A stretch of DNA of 64,000 nucleotides from Mobula hypostoma. Its lineage: Eukaryota. This document shows, piece after piece, positions 36,730-50,860 of this stretch. Each line of letters starts with the position of its first letter. Positions within the stretch are counted from its first letter, which is position 1. The stretch is from NCBI RefSeq assembly GCF_963921235.1, contig NC_086109.1, forward strand, positions 9,240,001 to 9,304,000, in the 5' to 3' direction. The position numbers were made by a program, and so were the translations under genes. The notes beneath the pieces were generated by a model. It ran no database searches and was not told the origin of the DNA. It saw only the letters and a list, made by a program, of their open reading frames with translations.

Positions 36730-37700
36730 AGGGCTGGTGGTGTTGTGGGAGGTTAGAAGATTGTAGTGGGTTATGATGGGATACTGATAAGATGCAGAGC
36801 TGGAGTGACAAGTGGCCGATGGAGTTCAGTATTGAAAAGTATCGGAAGGTCGAATTTGGAGGCAGGGTACAAGGTTAGAGTCATAGAAAAGTAGAGCACA
36901 GAAACAGGCCATTTGGTCCATCTAGTCCATGCTTAACCATTTATACTGTCCACACCCATCAACTTGCACCGTGACCATGGCCCCCCGCACCCCCACTGTC
37001 CATGTACCTGTGCAGACTTCTCTTAAACGCTGGAATTGAGCTCGCGTGCACCACTTGCGCTGGCAGCTCGTTAGTGGCAGAGTAACCCACACAAAATGCT
37101 GGAGGATCTCAGCAGGTCAGGCAGCATCTGCAGAGAGCCAAGCTGATGTTTCGAGCCAAGACCCTTCGCCACCATGATAATGGCAGGATTGTTAACAGTG
37201 TGGAGGAACAGAGGGAGCCCTCAAAGTTGCAGTGCAAATTGATAGGGTTGTTAGGAAGGCCTGTGGTGCGTTGGCCTTCATGAATCGGGGGATTGAGTTC
37301 AAGAACCGTGAGGCAATTTTGCAGCTCTATGAAACAGGTTAGACCAATCTTGGAATATTGCATTCATTTTTGGTTGCCTCATTATAGGAAGGATGTGGAA
37401 GCTTTAGAGAGGGTGTTGCCTCGATTGGAGAGTATGTCTTATGAGGAAAGGGCTTTTCTCATTGGAGCGGAGGAGGATGAGCGGTGTATTGATCGAGGTG
37501 TGTAAGATGATAACAGACATTGATGGAGTGGACAGCCAGAGACATTTTCTCAGGGTGGCAATGGCTAATCTGAGAAGACATCGAGGGGTGTCAGAGGTAG
37601 TCTGGAGGAAAGTACAGAGGAGATGTGATATATTAGGGGCATTGAAGAAACTCTTGGAGTTAGGGCCTTCGAGAGGCAAATGGAGGGCTATGTGGGAGTA
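36730..37700 (+). mobile_element. Degenerate CR1 LINE with nested insertions
   Basis: VRPILEYCIHFWLPHYRKDVEALERV motif in ORF 37293-37505. Confidence 0.8.
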
Positions 37701-39429
37701 GTATTAAGCAATTCAACCCTGGGAAAAAGTTTCTGTCTATTTACACTATCTACGTCTTTCACAATTGTAGAAACCTCTAACGTATTTCCCATCAGTCTCC
37801 AATCCAGGTTTTTTCATCCTCCTGTTGTAGCGCATACTCTCTAATCCAGGCAGCATCCTGGTGAACCTCTCCTGCACCCCTCACAGAGCCTCCACATCTT
37901 CCCTATAAGGACAATTGACCTAGAGACCATCTACACCTCTCGACGTCTACAGCTTGCTTGTAACATCATTAAAGTCCCATCCCATCTGGGACAGCGTTTG
38001 TTCAATCTCCTGCCATCTGGCCGGAGATAAAGAAACATCGTAGCCAAGACAGTAAGAATGATAAACATCTTCCTCCCCAGGGCTGTTGTGCAGCTGAATA
38101 ATGCTACATCCTGGCCTGCCAATGGCCTTGGAGTGTTAATGACTATCAAAGTCACTTGTTGCGAGTAACTATTGGAATTTAAAAAAAAATTAAGCCATAC
38201 TGGATGCATTGTAAATATCGGTTTTGTAGAGAGTGGAGAAGAACTGCAATCTCGTTGTCTTGAGCAATAACAATAAAGTTCTATTCTATTCTATTTTATA
38301 GTGTGGGTGAATAGAATTGACTGTGACATTCCAGATGCAGCCCATCAAACCTGGAATGTGAAAAAGGACAGAGAAGTTCTCTCAACTTAAGCTCCAGGCC
38401 AGATTGGAAAGGTCAGGATATGGAGGCCGGGGGCGAGGGGTGGGTTGTTTCAGCTCACGGCTCCATGAGGTTTACTCAGCTCCGCTCTGAACTGAGGCTG
38501 CGGCTTTGCGGACTGACTCACTTTTGTGGACCTCAGTACTGAATGCCACTTGCTTGCTTGTATTGTTGGCATGATTTGTTTCGTTTTCTCTCTCTCTGTA
38601 CATTGGGTATTTGACAGTCCTTTTTTTAAATGGGTTCTTTTGGATTTCTTTGTTTTTTGATGAACTTCAAGGTTGTTTAATGTATCCATATTTTGAGAAT
38701 AAACGAACTTTGATAATGGAGTTTTGAATCATTTTTGATCTGTCAAATGATTCTGAGTTCTCTGCCATTGACTATGAGCCATGTCCTCCCTCCTTTCCAT
38801 GACACAATTCAATCAGATGATGGCTGTGCACAACGTGTTGACTCTTCATTTATGTATCTAACCATGAACGTGCGTCACTGTCAGCAATCTGATGTGGAGA
38901 TGCAGAAATATAAGAAACATTTGGCAGGCCAGGCAGCGCCCACGGAGGAAGGAACAGAGCCAACGGACTGGAACCCACTGATCTGGCCAGCTGCTGTGCA
39001 GGGGTTGGTGGATTCCTGGCTTCCGCCACTGCATCTTGCAATGAGGAACCCAAGAGAGCCCCGGAGTTTGGATGAAGATGCAAGCCTGGCAGCCCTCAGC
39101 GAGGAGTGGAGAGGTAGGACCGAGTGCCAGCGGCCTGAGCTGTGGAGGCACAGGAACTTTCCATCTGGCTCCTCACCGTCATAACCCGAATGGCTGGGTC
39201 ACCTTGTATAACTTGATTAAAATGCAGTGGGACCCCTCGATTGGAAGGTGAAATGTAAATAAGTGTTTTTTCCCTTTACTTGACTTTATTTTAATTATTT
39301 GCAGGTGCTTAAAGGGCACACGTTTATCTATTTATTTGTCTGTCTATCTATCCTTGTGTCTGTCTGTCCGTTTGTTTGTCCAACTTCCAGTAAAATCTCC
39401 CTCCTTCCCCCCTCTCTTTTTCCATTCCC

Positions 39430-41330
39430 CATTCTGGTTACTTTCTCATCCCTTCTCCCTGTATTCCTTTATGCCCTGACAAATCATGAATCTATCAACC
39501 TCTGCCTTAAATATACCCAATGACTTGGCCTCCACAGCTGCCTGTGGTACCAAATTCCTCAGATTCACCATTCTCTTGCTAAAGAAATTCCTCCTCATCT
39601 CCATCCTAAATGAACGTCCCTCTATTCTGAGGCTGCGTCCTCTGGTCATTTTTGTGAACCTCCTCTGGACCCTCTCCAGTTTCAGCACATCCTTTCTTAG
39701 ATAAGAGGCCCAAAACTGCTCACAATACTCCAAACGAGGCCTCACCAATGCCTTATAAAGCCTTAAATTCACATCTTTGCTTTTATGTTCTAATCCTCAG
39801 GAAATGAATGCCAACATCACATTTGCCTTCCTCACCACTGACCCAACCTGCAAATGAGTGGAAAAAGCACAACAGCGCCTCTTTCACCTCAGACGGTTGA
39901 AGAAGTTCGGCATGAGTCCCCAAGTCCTAAGGACTTTCTACAGGGGCACAATTGAGAGCATCCTGACTGGCTGCATCACTGCCTGGTATGGGAACTGTAC
40001 TTCCCTCAATCTCAGGACTCTGCAGAGAGTGGTGCGGACAGCCCAACGCATCTGTAGATCTGAACTTCCCGCTATCCAGGACATTTACAGAGACAGGTGC
40101 GTAAAAAGGGCCCGAAGGATCATTAAGGACCTGAGTCACCCCAACCACAAACTATTCCAGCTGCTATCATCTGGAAAACAGTACCACAGCATGAAAGTCA
40201 GGACCAACAGGCTCCGGGACAGCTTCTTCCAACAGGCTATCTGACTGATTAACTTACGCTGACACAATTGTATTTCAAAGCTACATTGACTGTTCTGTTG
40301 TATATCTTACTGTACATACTATTTACTACAAATTACTATAATTTGCACATTGCACATTCAGAGGGATATGTAACATGAGGACTTTTACTCCTCATGTATG
40401 TGAAGAATGTTAGAAATAAAGCCAATTCAATGAACCTTTAGGGAATCCTGCATGTGGACTGCTAAGTCCCTTTGCACCTCAGATTTTTGAATTTTCTCTC
40501 CACTTAGAAAATAGTCTTCTACCAAAGTGCATGATCATACACATACTGACACTGTACTCCATCTGCCGCTTCTTTGCCCATTCCCCCAATCTGTCTAAAT
40601 CCATCTGTAGTCTCTCTGCTTCCTCAGCACTACCTGCTCCTCCACCTATCTTCATATCCTCTGCAAATTTGACCACAAAGCCATCAATTCTTTCATCTAA
40701 ATCACTGACATACAACGTAGAAAGGAGTGGTCCCAAAACAGACCCCTGTGGAACACCACTAGTCACTGGCAACCAACCAGAAAAGGCTCCCTTTATTCCC
40801 ACTCTTTGCCTCCTGCCAATCAGCCACTGCTTTATCCATGCTAGTATCTTTCCTGTAATACCATGAGCTCCTTAACTTGTTAAGCAACATCACATGTGGT
40901 GCCTTGTCAAAGGCCTTCTGAAAATGAAAGTGCACAACATCCACCAATTCCTTTGTCTATCTTGCTTGTTATTTCTTCAAACAATTGCAACAAATTTGTC
41001 AGGCAAGATTTTCCATTAAGGAAACCATGCTGACTTTGACCTATTTTTATCAAGTGCCCCTAAGTACCCCGAAACCACATCCTAACTATTGATTCCAACA
41101 TCTTCCCAACCACTGGGATCAGACTAACTGGCCTGTAGTTTCCTTTCTTCTGCCTCTCTCTCTTCTTTTAGAGTGGAGTGACATTTGCAATTTCCCAGTC
41201 CTCTGGAACCACGCCAGAATCTTGAAAGGTCATTACTAATGCCTCCACAATGTCTTCAGCCACCTCCTTCAGAACCCTGGGGTGTAGTCCATTTGGTCCA
41301 GGTGACTTATCTATCTTCAGACCTCTGAGT
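39430..41330 (-). mobile_element. CR1 LINE ORF2 (RT) remnant, interrupted by a Rex1-type insertion
   Basis: FQKAFDKAPH, VTSGVPQGSVLGPLL, KFAED(D)MKIGG and LVRPRLEYCEQFW motifs on the minus strand. Confidence 0.92.
39856..40430 (+). mobile_element. Rex1/Babar-type LINE 3' end
   Basis: ORF 39858-40244 KAQQRLFHLRRLKKFG...TIESILTGCITAWYG...RTNRLRDSFF. Confidence 0.9.
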
Positions 41331-41820
41331 TTCTTTTGCTCTTTATATATCTGAATACACTTGTGGTGTCTTCTTTAATAGCTTACAAACGTACATTTGT
41401 ATTCCATCTTTTCCTTCTTTATGACTTTTTCAGTTGCCTTCTGTCGGTTTTAAAAAACTTGCTGGTCCGCTAGCTTCCCACTAATTTTTGCTCTATTACA
41501 TGCCCTCTCTTTGGTTTTAATAACAGCTTTGATTTTTCTTGTCAGCCATTAATCAGATCGTTTGAAGCAATACTGTGATCTTTCAGAACAACGAGCTATT
41601 AAAAGGCTAACAGGATAGTCTAAGGGTGGGGCCTAATTGTGAGCCCAAACTTCTAGATTATTGAATCACAGCATCACCTCCATCCTCTATAACTCACTTA
41701 CATTCAGTTCCACTGGGACCCATGAGATGAACTGGTCACCAGCACTTTCCATGGATGGCAACTGCCTACAAAGGCACTTTGTTTGTGGATACTGGGAATA
41801 TCAGGTCAGAATCCAATTAT

Positions 41821-42080
41821 AAATACAAAAGATTCTACAGATGGTGGCAATCTCGAGTGACTCGCACAAAATGCAGGAGGAACTCAGCTAGTCAGGCAGC
41901 CTCTGTGGAGGGGAATAAATAGTCGCCATTTTGGGCTGAGGCTCTTCATTTCCAGTCCAGTTGAAGAGCCTCAACCCAAAATATTGTCAATTTCTTTGTG
42001 TAGGTGCCGCCCGATCTGTTGAGTTCCTCCAGCATTTTGTGCATTGTTTCCGATTTCCAGCGTTTGCAGTCTCTTGTGTC
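41821..42080. mobile_element. Fold-back element made of two inverted Penelope-terminal fragments
   Basis: 41821-41948 is an imperfect reverse complement of 41962-42080; the innermost pair is ttttgggctgaggctcttca / tgaagagcctcaacccaaaa. Confidence 0.7.
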
Positions 42081-43126
42081 TGTTTCCAGTGTACATGAGT
42101 TTATGGACCATTCAGAAATCTGATGGTGGAAGGAGGGAAGCTGTTCCTGAATTATTGAGTGTGAGTCTTTAGGCTCCTGTACCCCCATCCCAATGGTATG
42201 AATGAAAAAGGGGCATGTCAAGATGGATACCACCTCCTTGGGGCACAGCCTCTTGAAGAGGTCCTCGATGGTGAGGAGGGTTGAGCCGCACTGATACATC
42301 AATGTGTTGGGTAAAATTATGTGTGACTCTACACCGTGAATCCTTGAAGAAAGAAGCAGCTTCCCTGCATGCAAAGCTCTTTCTAAATTTAAGACTTCCC
42401 AAGCAATGATGAACATTTGGACTTACGGTCGCTCCATTGGTTGGCCGTCGAGTTCAATAATAATGATTCTGTTGGTACAGCATATCTGATGTGTGTTTGG
42501 GGGTGACTGTAGAGGCCAATTCTTGACCAGCACAGACAGTTGTCATGACAACTGTTGCTGCTGCTGTTTTCTTCCGTCGGACGGTCTCCAGGACCGCGTT
42601 GACGCCCATATTCTCAGTTGCTGTGAGAAAGTTTAACCAAGGCACGCCACCCAGTTTGGTCTCGTGCCCTACGTTCCTGATGCCGGGGAGCAATGCCGGC
42701 TCTGATGTTGATAACTGCCTATTACGCCACTGGCGTTTAGGGCAGCAGTGAAGGTCCTCCGCTGGCGGTGTTCAAGGCTTCCTTCGTTATGTCAGCAGCT
42801 TCCTCTTGGTTTTCACTGTCTGTCATGCAAGTCCCAGGCGGAGACTCGGGAATACCGTGCAGAAGGATTCTTCATTACAGTTTTGTTTTACCAGTCGGAG
42901 TTGTTAGCTCTGGGCTGAACCTCTGAACTCGGAGGACAGGAGGAGGACCACTCTTAGTCTGGCCGCTACCCTTTGACCTGTTTGGCATGGGTGACCCTAC
43001 CAAGAGCCAAAGCATAAAGCCCTGACTCCAGCCAACGTAGCCCTCCGGGTCACTGAGGCACGGGCAAGCCTCGAAACCACGACAAGTTTTGTGGTCCCCT
43101 TGGAGGATTACTGGCTTTCTTACAGT

Positions 43127-43439
43127 GGGCACATGGCCAAGTGGTTAAGGCATTCGACTAGTGACCTGAAGGTCATAAGTTCGAGCCCCAGCCGAGGGAA
43201 CGTGTTGTGTCCTTGAGCAAGGTACTTAATAACACCTTGCTCTGCGACGACACTGGTGCCAAGCTGTGTGGGTCCTAATGCCCTTCCCTTGGACAACATT
43301 GGTGGTGGCATGGAGAGGGGAGACTTGCAGCATGGGCAACTGCTGGTCTTCCATACAACCTTGCCCAGGCCTGCGCCCTGGAGAGTGAAGACTTTACAAG
43401 CGCAGATCCATGGTCTCGCAAGACCAATGGATGCCTTAA
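43127..43439 (+). mobile_element. Young tRNA-derived SINE
   Basis: A box TGGCCAAGTGG and B box GTTCGAGCC; same family as 2977-3303; tacagt on both flanks. Confidence 0.85.
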
Positions 43440-44066
43440 TACAGTCGGTGTACCTCTTCAGAAGTTCTACCAGGGTTCCTGCTTCCCCGCGATAACTGGC
43501 CACAGACCCGCTTCTTTAGCTTTTAGCACTGGGTAGCAGAAACCATGGTAGACCTCGTAAGAGGTGTCATTTTTTCATCGCTAAGCAGCTAAGATAAGCA
43601 GTGGTGGCTGGAGCAAAGCAGGAACAGCTGTTGCATAGTAACCTCCCATGCTGCTGCTCATCAGAATATGAGTCGCTGATCACATTGTTTGAGGAATGCA
43701 CACATCATTCTCTGTAAAGCATTTCTGGCCTAGGGTTGTGAAGGACACTATTTAAACGCAAACACTTCTCTTTTTATCCGTTCCCCGGAGCTGTAACTTT
43801 GCTCAACCCAATTAGTTATCTACAGCTCTGAGTTGGTTAGAACAATGCTTTACGGGGCCAGCAAAGCGGGTTCGATTCCCGCTGCCGTCTGTAAGGTCCT
43901 TGTACGTTCTCCCCGTGACCGCGTGGGTTTCCTCCACGTGCTCCGGTTTCCTCCCATAGTCCAAAGATATACGGGTTGGTAGGTTATTGGTCATTGTAAA
44001 TTGTCCCGTGATTAGGTTAGAATTAAATTGGGGGATTGGTGGGCAGCACAGGTTGAAGGGCTGAAA

Positions 44067-44802
44067 GAACATAGAACATAGAATAGTACAGCACAGTACA
44101 GGCCCTTTGGCCCACAATGTTGTGCCGACCCTCAAACCCTGCCTCCCATATAACCCCCCACCTTAAATTCCTCCATATACCTGTCTAGTAGTCTCTTAAA
44201 CCTCACGAGTGTACCTGCCTCCACCACTGACTCAGGCAGTGCATTCCACGCACCAACCACTCTCTGAGTAAAAAACCTTCCTCTAATGTCCCCCTTGAAC
44301 TTCCCACCCCTTACCTTAAAGCCACGTCCTCTTGTATAGAGCAGTGGTGCCCTGGGGAAGAGGCGCTGGCTATCCACTCTATCTATTCCTCTTATTATCT
44401 TGTACACCTCTATCATGTCTCCTCTCATCCTCCTTCTCTCCAAAGAGTGAAGCCCTAACTCCCTTAATCTCTGATCATAATCCATACTCTCTAAACCAGG
44501 CAGCATCCTGGTAAATCTCCTCTGTACCCTTTCCAATGCTTCCACATCCTTCCTATAGTGAGGCGACCAGTAGCTGGACACAGTACTCCAATTGTGACCT
44601 AACCAGAGTTTTATAGAGCTGCATCATTGCATCGCGACTCTTAAACTCTGTCCCTCGATTTATGAAAGCTAACACCCCATAAGCTTTCTTAACTACCCTA
44701 TCCACCTGTGAGGCAACTTTCAGGGATCTGTGGGCATGTACCCCGAGATCCCTTTGCTCCTCCACACTACCAAGTATCCTGCCATTTACTTTGTACTCTG
44801 CC
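44067..44802 (-). mobile_element. Young CR1 LINE 3' end inserted in a SINE
   Basis: ORFs 44553-44765 and 44132-44581 (QRDLGVH...WSPHYRKDVEALERVQRRFTRMLPG...FFTQRVVGAWNALP); (ttctatg)n tail. Confidence 0.93.
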
Positions 44803-45734
44803 TATTCTGCGCTGTATCTCAAAAAATAGATAGTTGTCATTCTGAATGAATACTTCATGTGGCTATTTTCACTAAAATTAAGATTAAAATTAGCTTTATT
44901 TGTCATTGAAACGTACGGTGAGATTTTGTATCAGATCCAGGCAGCAATGATTTGTGCTGGAGACAGCCGACAAGTGTCGACACACTTCCAGCTCCAACAT
45001 TTGATGTCCACAGCTCTCTCATCCTAACCCGTACATCTTTTGGAATGCTGAAGGAAACGGGACCACCTGAACGAAGCCCACACAGTCGGGGGCAGAAGCG
45101 GACAAGCTCCTCACGGGCACCGGTGGAAATCAAACCTCGATCTCAAAGCTGGTGCCATAAAGCGTGGTGCTAAATGCTAAACCACCGAGCTGCCCCACTA
45201 GAAGTGTAGGATTCCCAATTCTCCCACTGTCCTGAGAGCCATTCTGAGCTTCAGGAGAGCTCCACTTTCCAGATTGTAACGATTTAATCCGATTTTTATA
45301 AATCTTTCCAGCGCAGTGTCAGTTGAGAGGAAACTAATAAATATTTCAATCTGTGTAACTGTGAGGTTCGGAGATGCAGCCAAGTTTTGATATTAGCCAA
45401 GAATTTAAATTTCCCTGTGGCCTGGCAAGGATTAGCACCAGTCATGTGGAAGGTGAACGGCTGAGAAGGGAAACTGAGGGCTGGCCCAGTTGTTGGAGTA
45501 AAGTCATAGTTAACCCCAGTGTTTGATCATCATTTGCATCGCATTGGATCGGAATGTATTGAAATCACCTGGAGCTTTGCATTGGACTGCGTTCCTGAAT
45601 CATTTCAACACCTTGGGGAAGCAGGCTGTATTTGTTGGCATGCTTCATCCCCACTGGAATTAGATTACTGTTTGGGATTTATTTTTTCACTTCATTTGAA
45701 ATCTGCAGGAGATGAAACACTTAAGGTTCTGTCT

Positions 45735-46340
45735 ACAAATCTAGTTCATAATCAGCCAATCATGTGGCAGCAACTCAATGCATAAAAGCATGCAGATATA
45801 ATCAAGCCGTTCGGTTGTTTTTCAGACCAAACATCAGAATGGGGAAGAAATGTGATTGAAGTGATTTCGATCGTGGAATGATTTTTGGTGCCAGATGGGG
45901 TGGTTTGAGTATCTCAGAAGCTGCTGATTTGCGCCACAGTCTCTAGAGGTTACATAGAATGGTGCAAAAACAGAAAAAAAAAAATCCAGTGAGCAGCAAT
46001 TCTGTGGGTGAAAATGCCTGGTTAATAGGAGCAACACACACAAAATGCTGGAGAAACTCTGCAGGCCAGGCAGCATCTATGGAAAATAAATGATTAGTCA
46101 ATGCATCGGGCCAAGACCCTGTTGTTAATGAGATTGGTCGGAGGGAAATGGCCAGACTGGTTCAAGCTGACAGGAAGTCTACAGTGAGTCAGATGGCCAC
46201 ACGTTACAGCAGTGGTGTGCAGAAGAGCATCTCTGAACACACAACACTTTGAAACTTGAGGTGGATGGGTTGTAGCACAGAAGACTGCAAACATGGCTTC
46301 TGTGTTAGGTACAGGAGGTACCCGACGAAATGGGCCCTTC
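45735..46340 (+). mobile_element. Tc1-derived non-autonomous element (degenerate)
   Basis: Homologous to 49023-49565; interrupted by a Penelope-terminal fragment at ~46030-46120. Confidence 0.7.
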
Positions 46341-46599
46341 ATTAGTTGTTCCTTGCTGCAACAGAAGTGCTTTTAAATCTATGTATTTCAGCGGTCTTCC
46401 TTGTTTTTGTTTATTAATACATGCAGTCTAACACAATGATTGGTTTGGCAGCAGATTTGACTATGTTGCCAATCACTCTGTTCATCGTTTAAGGAAAAAG
46501 GGTTATAGAATCACAGGGTCAAACAGCATGGAGACAGGTCCTCTGACACACTTAGTCCATGCAACCAAAACTCACGAGTCAGTGGCAGGAAGTAACTAT

Positions 46600-47100
46600 A
46601 TAAGGCTCAGGAGCAGAATTAGGCCATTTGGCCCATCGAGTCCACTCCGCCATTTGACTGTGGCTGATTTCTATTCTTCTCAACCACATTCTCCTGTCCT
46701 CACCGTTTGACGCCTTACTAATAACTCATCAACCTCCGCTTTCAGTATGCCCAATGACTTGGCCTCCACAGCCATCTGTAGTAACGAATTCCACAGATTC
46801 ATCATACTCTGGCAAAAGAAATTCCTCCTCATCTCTGATCCCTCTATTCTGAGGCTGTATCCTCCGGTGCTAGACTCCCCCACTATTGGAAACGCCCTGT
46901 CCACATTCAATATTTGGTAGATTTCAATGAGGTCCCCCTTTATTCTTCTAAACTCCAGTGAGTACAGGCCCAGAGCCATCAAACGTGTCTCATAGGTTAA
47001 CCATTTCATTCCCAGGATCATTCTCGTGAACCTCCTCTGGACCCTCTCCAATGCCAGCACATCCTTTCTTAGATATAGGACCCAGAACTGCTCACAACAC
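46600..47100 (-). mobile_element. CR1 LINE 3' fragment
   Basis: CEQFWVLYLRKDVLALERVQRRFTRMILG in ORF 46680-47186. Confidence 0.88.
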
Positions 47101-49022
47101 CACCGTGGAGTGATTTTATTCAGCAATAAAATGCAGAGAAGGCCTTTCGGACCTTCGAGCTGCACCGCCCTGGCAACCCCTGACAAATTTGATGAATCCT
47201 AACCTAATCACGGGACAATTTACAATGACCAATTAACTTACCCTGTCTTCGGACTGTGGGAGGAAACTGGAGCACCCAGGGAAGACCCATGCGTTCAATG
47301 AGGAGGACATACAGAGATTTCTCATCAGGAGCAAGGAATTCACCCTCATCCCTGCCCATTAAAGTAGCTCTGGATCAACCTCTGATGAAGTTGATATGCA
47401 CATCTGGAGAAAAAATGACTAACTGCTGCAGGAATTCAGCAGGTCAGGTAGCACCTGCGGAGGGAGATGGACAATCAACAATTTCGGTCAAGACTGAAAT
47501 GTGGGTCTAGAGGAGTCACGAAGGCTATCTGGGGTGTATGGGGTGTTTAGGGAGGGGTAACACCTCTGGTGAAGGGGGAGCTCACTCACCTTTGGTCCCT
47601 ACCAGACACTCAGCTCTCACCTGTGGCTCCAAGTAGCTGTTTGCATGAGACAGCGGCCACACCCTGGTACACCACTTTGACAGGCGGGCTAAACCAGGTC
47701 AGGGTAACCGGCGGCCTCTGGTCAGATAATGGAACGCCTGTCTTAGCATGTGAAGTCAGCTCTGGCAGACTGTACGGATCAAACCTACAGTGAGGTCCAA
47801 CGGCTAGGAAGGCGGTACTGTGACACTTCATGCAGAGCGACGGGCATGACAAGGCACAGAAGACCTCACGGTCATCCACTGCAACCGAGGAAGACCCCAG
47901 ATTGTGACGCTTGCTTAGAGCATTACAGCACAGAAACAGGCCCTTCAGCCCATCTAGTCCATGCCAAACTATTATTCAGCCTAGTCCCGTCTAGACTATC
48001 ACCCTCCATAACCCTCTCATCCATGTATTTAACCAAATTCTCTTAAATGTTGGAATTGAACATGCATCCACCACTTCCGCTGGCAGCTCATTCCACACTC
48101 TCACCACCCTCTGAGTAAGAATGTTTCCCCTCATGTTCCCTTTGAACATCTTTCACCCTTAACTTATGTACCTTATTTCTCGTCTCACCCGACCTCAGTG
48201 GTAAAGGCCAGATTGTATTTGTCCTATTTATACCTCTCATAATTTTGTATACCTCCGTCAAATCTCCTCTCACTTGCGTACGTTCTAGGGAATAAGGTCC
48301 CAACCTATTCAACATTCCCTCACGTCCTGGCAAAATCCTGATAAATTTTATCTGTACCCTGTAGGTAGGTAACCAGAACTGCACACAAATGAGTTACCCC
48401 TCATTCTCCTGCATTCCAAGGAATAAAGATGGGCCAAACATTCCTCAGGCCCACTAGTCCAGGCAGTGTCCTTGTAAATCTCTTCTTCTCCTGCTTGTAC
48501 CACTGGACTGAACTTCTGAGGTCGAGAGAGTGGAACTTCCCCAGTGCAATGGCTTTTCCACTTTAAAAAGTCTCCTGCACAGGTTTCCTGTCAGCATTGC
48601 ACATGATAGACAGCCACCAACCAACAACTAACACATCCATAGCTCAAAAAAAAAAACTCCGGTCTGTGCCTTCTCTGTGATATTCTCTCTACACCCACAT
48701 ATGAAGAACAGTAAGTTGCTTCAGACACCATCAGAAGGAATATATACATCCCTCAGAATGAAAGCCCATGGAATCTGACATGTCATAAATTGGTTCCAAA
48801 GAACAGTTATCGTTCCTACTGCGGAGAGAGTCGGACATCGGTGAGAAGGGAAGCACAGAGACACCATTGTCTCCAGCTGGTTGTGGAGCAGTCAGATGAT
48901 GTGCAGTGAGTTACACATTAATCTGAGTGCAGATTTGGATCAGACCAATGAGATAATGCCTTGGTGGACTTCTCAGTGAACTGAAGTTAGACGTGTTGGA
49001 TTTAGCTCTCTGTGGGACATAT

Positions 49023-49565
49023 ACACCCAGTGGCCTCTTTATTAGGTACGCCTGTACGCCTGCCCTATCTCATCAGCCAGCACCATGCATAAAAGTGGAC
49101 AGACAGAGTCAGGAGGTTCAGTTGCTGTTCAGACCAAACATCAGAATGGGAAACAAATGTAATCTAATTGACTTTGACCGCGGAATGATAGTTGGTGCCA
49201 GATGGATTGGTTTGATTATCGCAGAAACTGCTGATCTCCTGGGATTCTCACACACAACAGTATCTAGAGTTTACAGAGAACGCTGCAAAAAAAATGAAAG
49301 AACTCCAGTGAGTGTCAGTTCTGTGGCTGGGAACGCCTTGTTAATGAGAGAGGTCAGAGGAGAATGGCCAGACTGGTTCAAGCTGACAGGAAGGCGACAG
49401 TAACTCAAATAACCACGTATTGCAACAGTGGTGTGCAGAAGAGCGTCTCTGAATGCACAACTCGTTGAACCTTGAAGTGGGTGGACCACAGCAGAAACCA
49501 ACAAACATACGGTTCGCGGCCACATTTTTATCTACAGGAGGTACATCATAACTGGCCAGTATGTA
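49023..49565 (+). mobile_element. Tc1-derived element with an N-terminal HTH transposase remnant
   Basis: Starts ta-cacccagtggcctctttattaggtac; translation MGNKCNLIDFDRGMIVGARWIGLIIAETADLLGFSHTTVSRVYRE. Confidence 0.8.
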
Positions 49566-50239
49566 TCCAGAGCACCAAACCGATCTCAATATACAATTCA
49601 AAATGATAAAAACTTGCAGATGACTCTTTCCTCTTGTGGGGAATCTAGAACCAGCAGACACAATGCAGATGCTGGAATCCGGAGCAACTAACAAACTGCC
49701 GGAGTGATTCAGCCAGTTGAACAGCATCTGCATGGGGGGGGGGGCGGGAGTCGGGGTCAGGGGCTGGGGGGAAGGAACTGTGACGTCTTGGATGGAAATC
49801 CTGTATTGGGACTCAGAATGGTGAGGGGAGATGGTCAGTATAACGAGGTGAGGGGGAACTACTGAGACAAGCGCCGGTGGTATCGGAAGACCTACCCTCT
49901 CCCCACGGTTCAACGGACTCATCATCTTTCACGTCTCCTCAGTGCACCAGTTGCCTTGGGCTCATCTCTCCAGAGTAGGAATGCTGAATACTCGTGGGCA
50001 TAGATTTAAGGTGGCGAAGTGGCAGTGGGTGGAAAACAGCGACAGAAGTGGAGGTGATAAGGGGGTGCGGAGGGTGACATTTGCAGGCTTGGCGGACCAA
50101 ATGGCTAACCCCTGCTCCTACTGCTTATGTTTTTATGGTCTATGTTCTAGCAGGTGGTGACCTTCCCCCTTCATTATCAAATTCCTCTACCTACATTAAA
50201 CAAGCAAACACCTTTGTTCAGATAAAGAACAAAGAAAGC

Positions 50240-50860
50240 TTTTGGCACATTGGCCTTCACAAATCAATGTACTGAGTACAGGAGATGGGATGTTATGTTG
50301 AAGCTGTATAGTGGGGCCTAATTTGGAGTATTGCATGCAGTTTTGGTCACCTACTGGCCGGAAAGCAGTAAATACGATTGAAAAGAGTACAGGCAAAATT
50401 TACAAGAATGGTGCTGGGACTGGAGGCCCTGAGTTATAAAGAAAGATTGAATAGGTTAGGACTTTATTCCTTGGAATGTAGAAGATTGAGTGGAGAGTTG
50501 ATACAGGTGTACAAAATTATGAGGGGTATTGATAGGGTAAATGCAAGCCGGCTTTTTCCACTGAGGTTAGGAGGGACTGGAGGTCATGGGTTGAGGGTGA
50601 AAGGTGAAGAAGTTTAAGGGGAACATGAGGGAAACTCCTTCACTCAAAGGGTCGTGAGAGTGTGGAACGAGCTGCCAGCACAAGTGGTGCACTTGAGCTG
50701 GATTTCAGCGTTTAAGCAAAGTTTGGATAGTAGGGGTATGGAGGGCTATGATCCCAGTGCAGGGCGATGGGAGTAGGCAGTTTAAATTATTCTGCACAGA
50801 TTAGATGGGCCAAAGGGCCTGTTTCTGTGCCATACTTTTCTATGATTCTATGACTCTATA
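50240..50860 (+). mobile_element. CR1 LINE 3' end
   Basis: RVQAKFTRMVLGLEALSYKERLNRLGLYSLE motif and microsatellite-like tail. Confidence 0.88.

Noticed and set aside
49341..49925. 194-aa minus-strand ORF
   Set aside because: Spans a Tc1-derived element and Penelope-terminal debris in antisense; no coding signature.
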